Assembly: GCA_965603825.1 (NCBI GenBank)
Contig: CBFDEM010000002.1
Span: 496,001-560,000, forward strand
DNA: 64,000 nt
Direction of reading: 5' to 3'
Origin: Blepharisma stoltei ATCC 30299
Taxonomy: Eukaryota > Protista > Ciliophora
Below are positions 59,759 through 64,000 of this stretch, piece after piece. Within the stretch, counting starts at the first letter, position 1; every line of letters starts with the position of its first letter. The position numbers and the translations under genes were made by a program. The notes below the pieces were generated by a model that saw only the letters and a list, made by a program, of their open reading frames with translations, had not been told where the DNA came from and searched no databases.

Positions 59759-61636
59759 ATGGCACGCAAGGCTTTTATTTCAAGACACATTGTTCTTTGT
59801 GAAGAAAACAAACCAGTCTTTGGAGCTGTTTTGATTGAAGGCAGCACTATTTGTGAGGTCAGGAAATACGACAAACTCAAAAAAATTGAAAACGTCTTGC
59901 AAGAGCTTCAAGAGTGAAACCCTGAAATCTATGAACATTCTTATATTTTCCCAGGAATGGTTGACTGCAATGCCAAAACCAATGGGGAATGAGAAGGAAA
60001 TTCTTTTTTAACGAGAGCCGCTATATCTGGCGGTGTTACCACAGTGATTATTGAACCGAGTCTTTGGGAACAGCCTGAATCTCAAGAGGAAATTTTTTGT
60101 GATTATGGAGAAATTGGGATTATTAGCGGAAATTCAGTTTCCACTGACGGGGTTTTAGCTATAAAAGGATATCTTTATAAGCCAACCAGGTATATAGAAG
60201 AAATACTTGACCTAGAAGCAATACTCACAGAAGCAGCGAGGCTAGATTTGCCTGTTATAATTGACCCATCGCTACCTAACCCCAGAATGCTGTTTATGGC
60301 TTCTCCTTGCCGAACGGTGTCTCTAGCGAAAAGAATGGAAATTCAAGACCTTTCCGACATGCAGCACTTTGCTGGAGCATTTCCTGAAAATGTCATAGAT
60401 TCAGGTGATAACTCCCCTGCTTCAAATGACGAACAAAGGGAATCGACAGATCTTGATAAGAGATTTTCATTAAGAGACATGAAAAAAGACTCTGATATAG
60501 TAAGAAGCCCTGAACATAGGATAAGCTTGATTTCTGATGCAAATATAGTTGAAAAAAATGATGGAGAAAATAAAGAACAAGTTGTAGTTAAGAAGCACCA
60601 CAGGAAAAATTTATCTGATATATATCAAGATTTGGACAAAAGAATAAAAGAGTCACAAGATAACATAGAGCATCTAAGTAGAGCTGAAATTTCATTATAT
60701 TCCGAAGCAGGCACTTCAGGAGACCAATCCAACCCTGAGCAGCCTACTTTATCACATTTTCATCCAATCCACTCATGCCCTGATATGTCTTTAGCTCTCA
60801 AATCTTCACCAGTTTCTCTTCAAGAAAGAAGGAAAATCCGCACTACATCCCTCGATGTCTCCAAGCAAAAGCCTAAAGAAGAATCTCTCTATGTCCGATA
60901 TTTAGCAAATTGTCCTGACTCTTGGGAAACCTCAGGTGTTGAAAGAGTGATAAAGGCAATGGAAGGGGTCAAGCATAAAGTCCACGTATCAAACCTTTCC
61001 TCAGCTAGAAGTGTAAATTTAATCCGGCAATTTAAAGAAACCTCAAAGTACCTTACATGTGACACAACGTCTTATTTTTTATATTTCACAGATGTAGATA
61101 TTCCTAATGGGGACACTCGATTCAAAGCTCATCCTCCTATTAGAAGCAATTTAAACTGCAATTTATTATGGGACTTGCTGAAAATGAAAGCAATTGACAT
61201 GGTCTGTTCAGCTCATAACCCTATTCTTCCGATGTATAAGTTTATAAGCCTAGGAGATTTCCGAAGAGCTGTAAATGGGGTTAATTCGATAGGCTTTACC
61301 TTGCAGGTCTTGTGGACAAAATTGAGGCAGCCTGTTTTATCGTCATCAAGTCTAGAGCATTATATTGTAAGGCTTTCTAAATGGCTCGCCTTAAACCCAG
61401 CAAAATTTTTTAAAATTGACAACGTCAAAGGCTCAATTTCCCCCGGGAAGCACGCTGACTTGATAATCTGGAATCCTCATGAAACTATAATAGCAGAAAG
61501 TCATAGTAAATTCCCTGATATGAGTGTATTTAGAGGTAGAGAATTATATGGGAAAATTGAAGAAGTTTATGTAAGAGGACAGTTGGCGTTTAAGGATAAC
61601 CAGTTTTATCCTGTAGGAACAAAAATAATTAGGTAA
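59759..61636 (+). CDS. Allantoinase/dihydroorotase-like cyclic amidohydrolase with long insertion
   Basis: IFPGMVD, TRAAISGGVTT, FKAHPPIR, NPAKFF..KGSISPGKHADLIIW. ATG at 59759, two TGA-Trp. Confidence 0.85.
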
Positions 61637-61659
61637 TATTTAATGTGAGTAAAAAATAA

Positions 61660-63117
61660 ATGGGAAATTGCAACAACAGTGCAAAACCGGAAAGTCCACA
61701 GACAGGAGTCTCGTATTCTGAAATTGCAATGCTAAAAATAAAAGAAAGGGACTTCGCAGGGCATGTGGTAAACTTGGATAAAATCAAATTCAAATTAACT
61801 TCTCCATGTTTAAGTCTGAATGCGAGATATCTGCATATGCCTTATGCATTTGATATCACAGGGACTGTATTACCTGGATTAGACCCCAGAGAACTTGTGG
61901 ATAAAGAATGCCAAGATAATATAATTTTCTTGGAAAAAGAAAATACCCTTCTTGCTGCACTATTTGATGGGCATGGCCAAGATGGGTTTAAAGTTACTGA
62001 ATTTTGCAAAAAATTTATGAACCGATATTTCAGGGAAAAATTCGAGGATTTTAAAATCAAGCCAAAAGAAGCGATATCAAGGATAATTGAAGATTGTGAT
62101 GCTGCAATAAAAGCAAACCCTGGGGAAATTAACTATCTGATATCTGGGACAACTGCCGTAGTGTTATTTATAGACGGAAATAATATATATGCGGCAAGTG
62201 TAGGGGACTCTAGAGCGATATTAGGCACAATCCCAAAATCAGCTGATGAAGTGCCAAAAACTGCTCATAGCGCTCCAAACCCTTATAAAACTGTTGTAGA
62301 GCCTAAAAGGCTGCTGAATTCAATTGCATTAACGGTAGATCAGAAGCCAAATCATCAAGAAGAGCTTGAAAGAATAGAAAAATCAGGCGGAAAAGTCCAA
62401 CAACTTACTGATGAAAGAGGAAATAAAATCGGACCTTTTAGAGTATGAAAAGGAAATGGAAACATCCCAGGCTTAGCAATGTCTCGCTCAATAGGTGACG
62501 GTGTTGCCAAAGAATGTGGTGTAATTTCAACTCCAATAGTCCATGATTTTCAGCTATTCCCTGATAGAGACCAGTTCATTATTATGGGATCAGACGGTGT
62601 CTGAGACGTTTTCGATAACCAAGAAGCCGTAAATTATGTCGAAAAATATCGCTCAGAATGTTTAAAAACTGCTCAAAGTAACTGTAGCTACCCTATCAAA
62701 GTAACCAAAATTTAGCCTGAAAATTCAACTATATCTCAGCTATTAGGTGAAGAAGCTAGATGTAGATGGTTCGGTATCTGTGAAGACGAAGACGTCATAA
62801 TTGATGATATTTCTGTTATTATCATTGAAATAAGCACTCTAATACCTTTATCGCACATAGATACAAGTGAAGCAGAGGATAGAAGAACAGTAAGACTTAA
62901 CAGCTTAGGTGAAATCAAAGAAGAAACTAAGCCAATGGTTTCTAATATGCTTAGAGGTGATGCTGTAAGAGGAAGCTTCATTCCTGCGAAGGACCCTAAT
63001 GCAAAAAGAGTCAGAATTGACCCTAAAAGAGGCTCACATGCAATTGTAGAAGGCAATGAAGAGCCTGAAGGGCAAATTGATGTGCCGTTTGTCGATGACG
63101 AACACAAGCTTGATTAA
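61660..63117 (+). CDS. PP2C/PPM protein phosphatase, N-myristoylation motif
   Basis: CQD, LFDGHG, SGTT, VGDSRA, GLAMSRSIGD, SDGV-W(TGA)-D, DDISV. Intron 62701-62715. Confidence 0.93.
62701..62715 (+). other. 15-nt intron gtaaccaaaatttag
   Basis: Removes an in-frame TAG that would cut off the essential DDISV motif. Confidence 0.9.
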
Positions 63118-63128
63118 TTTAGAATAAA

Positions 63129-64000
63129 ATGGATAATAAAAAGTGGAAAGGGATCACTGCACTTTTTGGATGTTTCATTGCCAATATGGTTTCAGGGACT
63201 ATCAATTTGTGAGGAGCTGTTGGGATTTATTTTACTTCCTATTACCACGCGAAGGATTCTGCAATAAGTGAGTCTGATATGTATTTGGCATTCGCAGTGG
63301 CTTATGCTCTGGAATCGTTATTTTTTAGTATGAGTCTATATAGTAATTGCAAGCTCTCTGAGTGAAATTATAGGACCAAAATTAACCTCATTAATTGGTG
63401 TATGAATTGGGAGTCTATTTCTGCTTTCCTGCTCATTTATAGAAGAGCCTTATCTCTTTTGTGTTTTCTATGGATTTTACGGAGGAATTATTTCTGGGAT
63501 GATTGATGTCCCTATAATCTGGGCTTGCTGGGAATTTTTCCCTGATAAAATTGGAAGAGTTACAAGCATAGGCTTCGCAGGGTACAGCTTAGGGCCTATG
63601 GTTTTTGGGTTTATATGAACCATGCTAGTCAATCCAGGAAATGATTCTCCACATTCCAGCCATAACGGAAATACAAGCACAAGCTATTTTGGGAGCAATG
63701 TCTATGATAAAGTCCCTGCATCCCTAAGGTGGATGTCATTAATGTACTTTCTGGTCGCTACAATTGGAGCACTTTTAGTTCGGAGTAAATCAAAAGAAAA
63801 GAAAAAAGTGAAGTCCACTCAAAAAATATCATCTATAGTTCAACAAAAGGAATTTTGGCTGATGTTTTTTAACTTTTATTTTCTTTTTGCTCCATACAGT
63901 TTTATTTTTACAAACTATAAGAGCATTGGCTTAACAAAAATCAAAAATGACCACTTTTTTGCTTATTTAGGCTCTGCTGGATTTTTTTCAGCATGCATTG
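63129..64000 (+). CDS. MFS transporter (oxalate/formate antiporter-like), 3' partial
   Basis: WEFFPDKIGRVTSIGFAGYSLG, LVNPGN and multiple TM segments. 16-nt intron 63328-63343. Runs off the window end. Confidence 0.85.
63328..63343 (+). other. 16-nt intron gtatgagtctatatag
   Basis: Explains the frame change into IIASSLSEIIGPKLTSLIG. Confidence 0.85.

Overview
This is a gene-dense, AT-rich eukaryotic window that reads as macronuclear DNA of a heterotrich ciliate, most consistent with Blepharisma. The supplied ORF track is fragmented for two reasons. First, TGA encodes Trp: roughly 50 in-frame TGAs by manual count, many at invariant Trp positions, while every reconstructed gene ends in TAA or TAG. 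Second, genes carry tiny 15/16-nt GT..AG introns (11 located). Re-reading with these rules gives about 47 protein genes, including a CAMK kinase, PAM18, PLAC8, kinesin-7, F-box/Kelch, a BT1 transporter, a MFE-2-type SDR, POLD2, FHA-RING, importin-alpha-like, a ChAP (exomer adaptor) homologue, two CDPKs, RRS1, BolA, MAT1, Rab2-like, fibrillarin, an aspartic protease, BART, PILS, allantoinase-like, PP2C and an MFS transporter. There is one canonical tRNA-Ser(UGA) and an inverted aspartic-protease pseudogene. The most unusual element is a standalone 72-nt tRNA-like Pol III-type gene (37622-37693) with intact acceptor, D and T stems but a GG-less D loop and a non-decoding anticodon arm. Other leads are a CDPK pseudokinase/kinase tandem, a +1 frame break at GAA-TAA in the protease, several apparent pseudoenzymes, and extreme gene packing. 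All calls come from manual reading and motif recognition; no searches were run.
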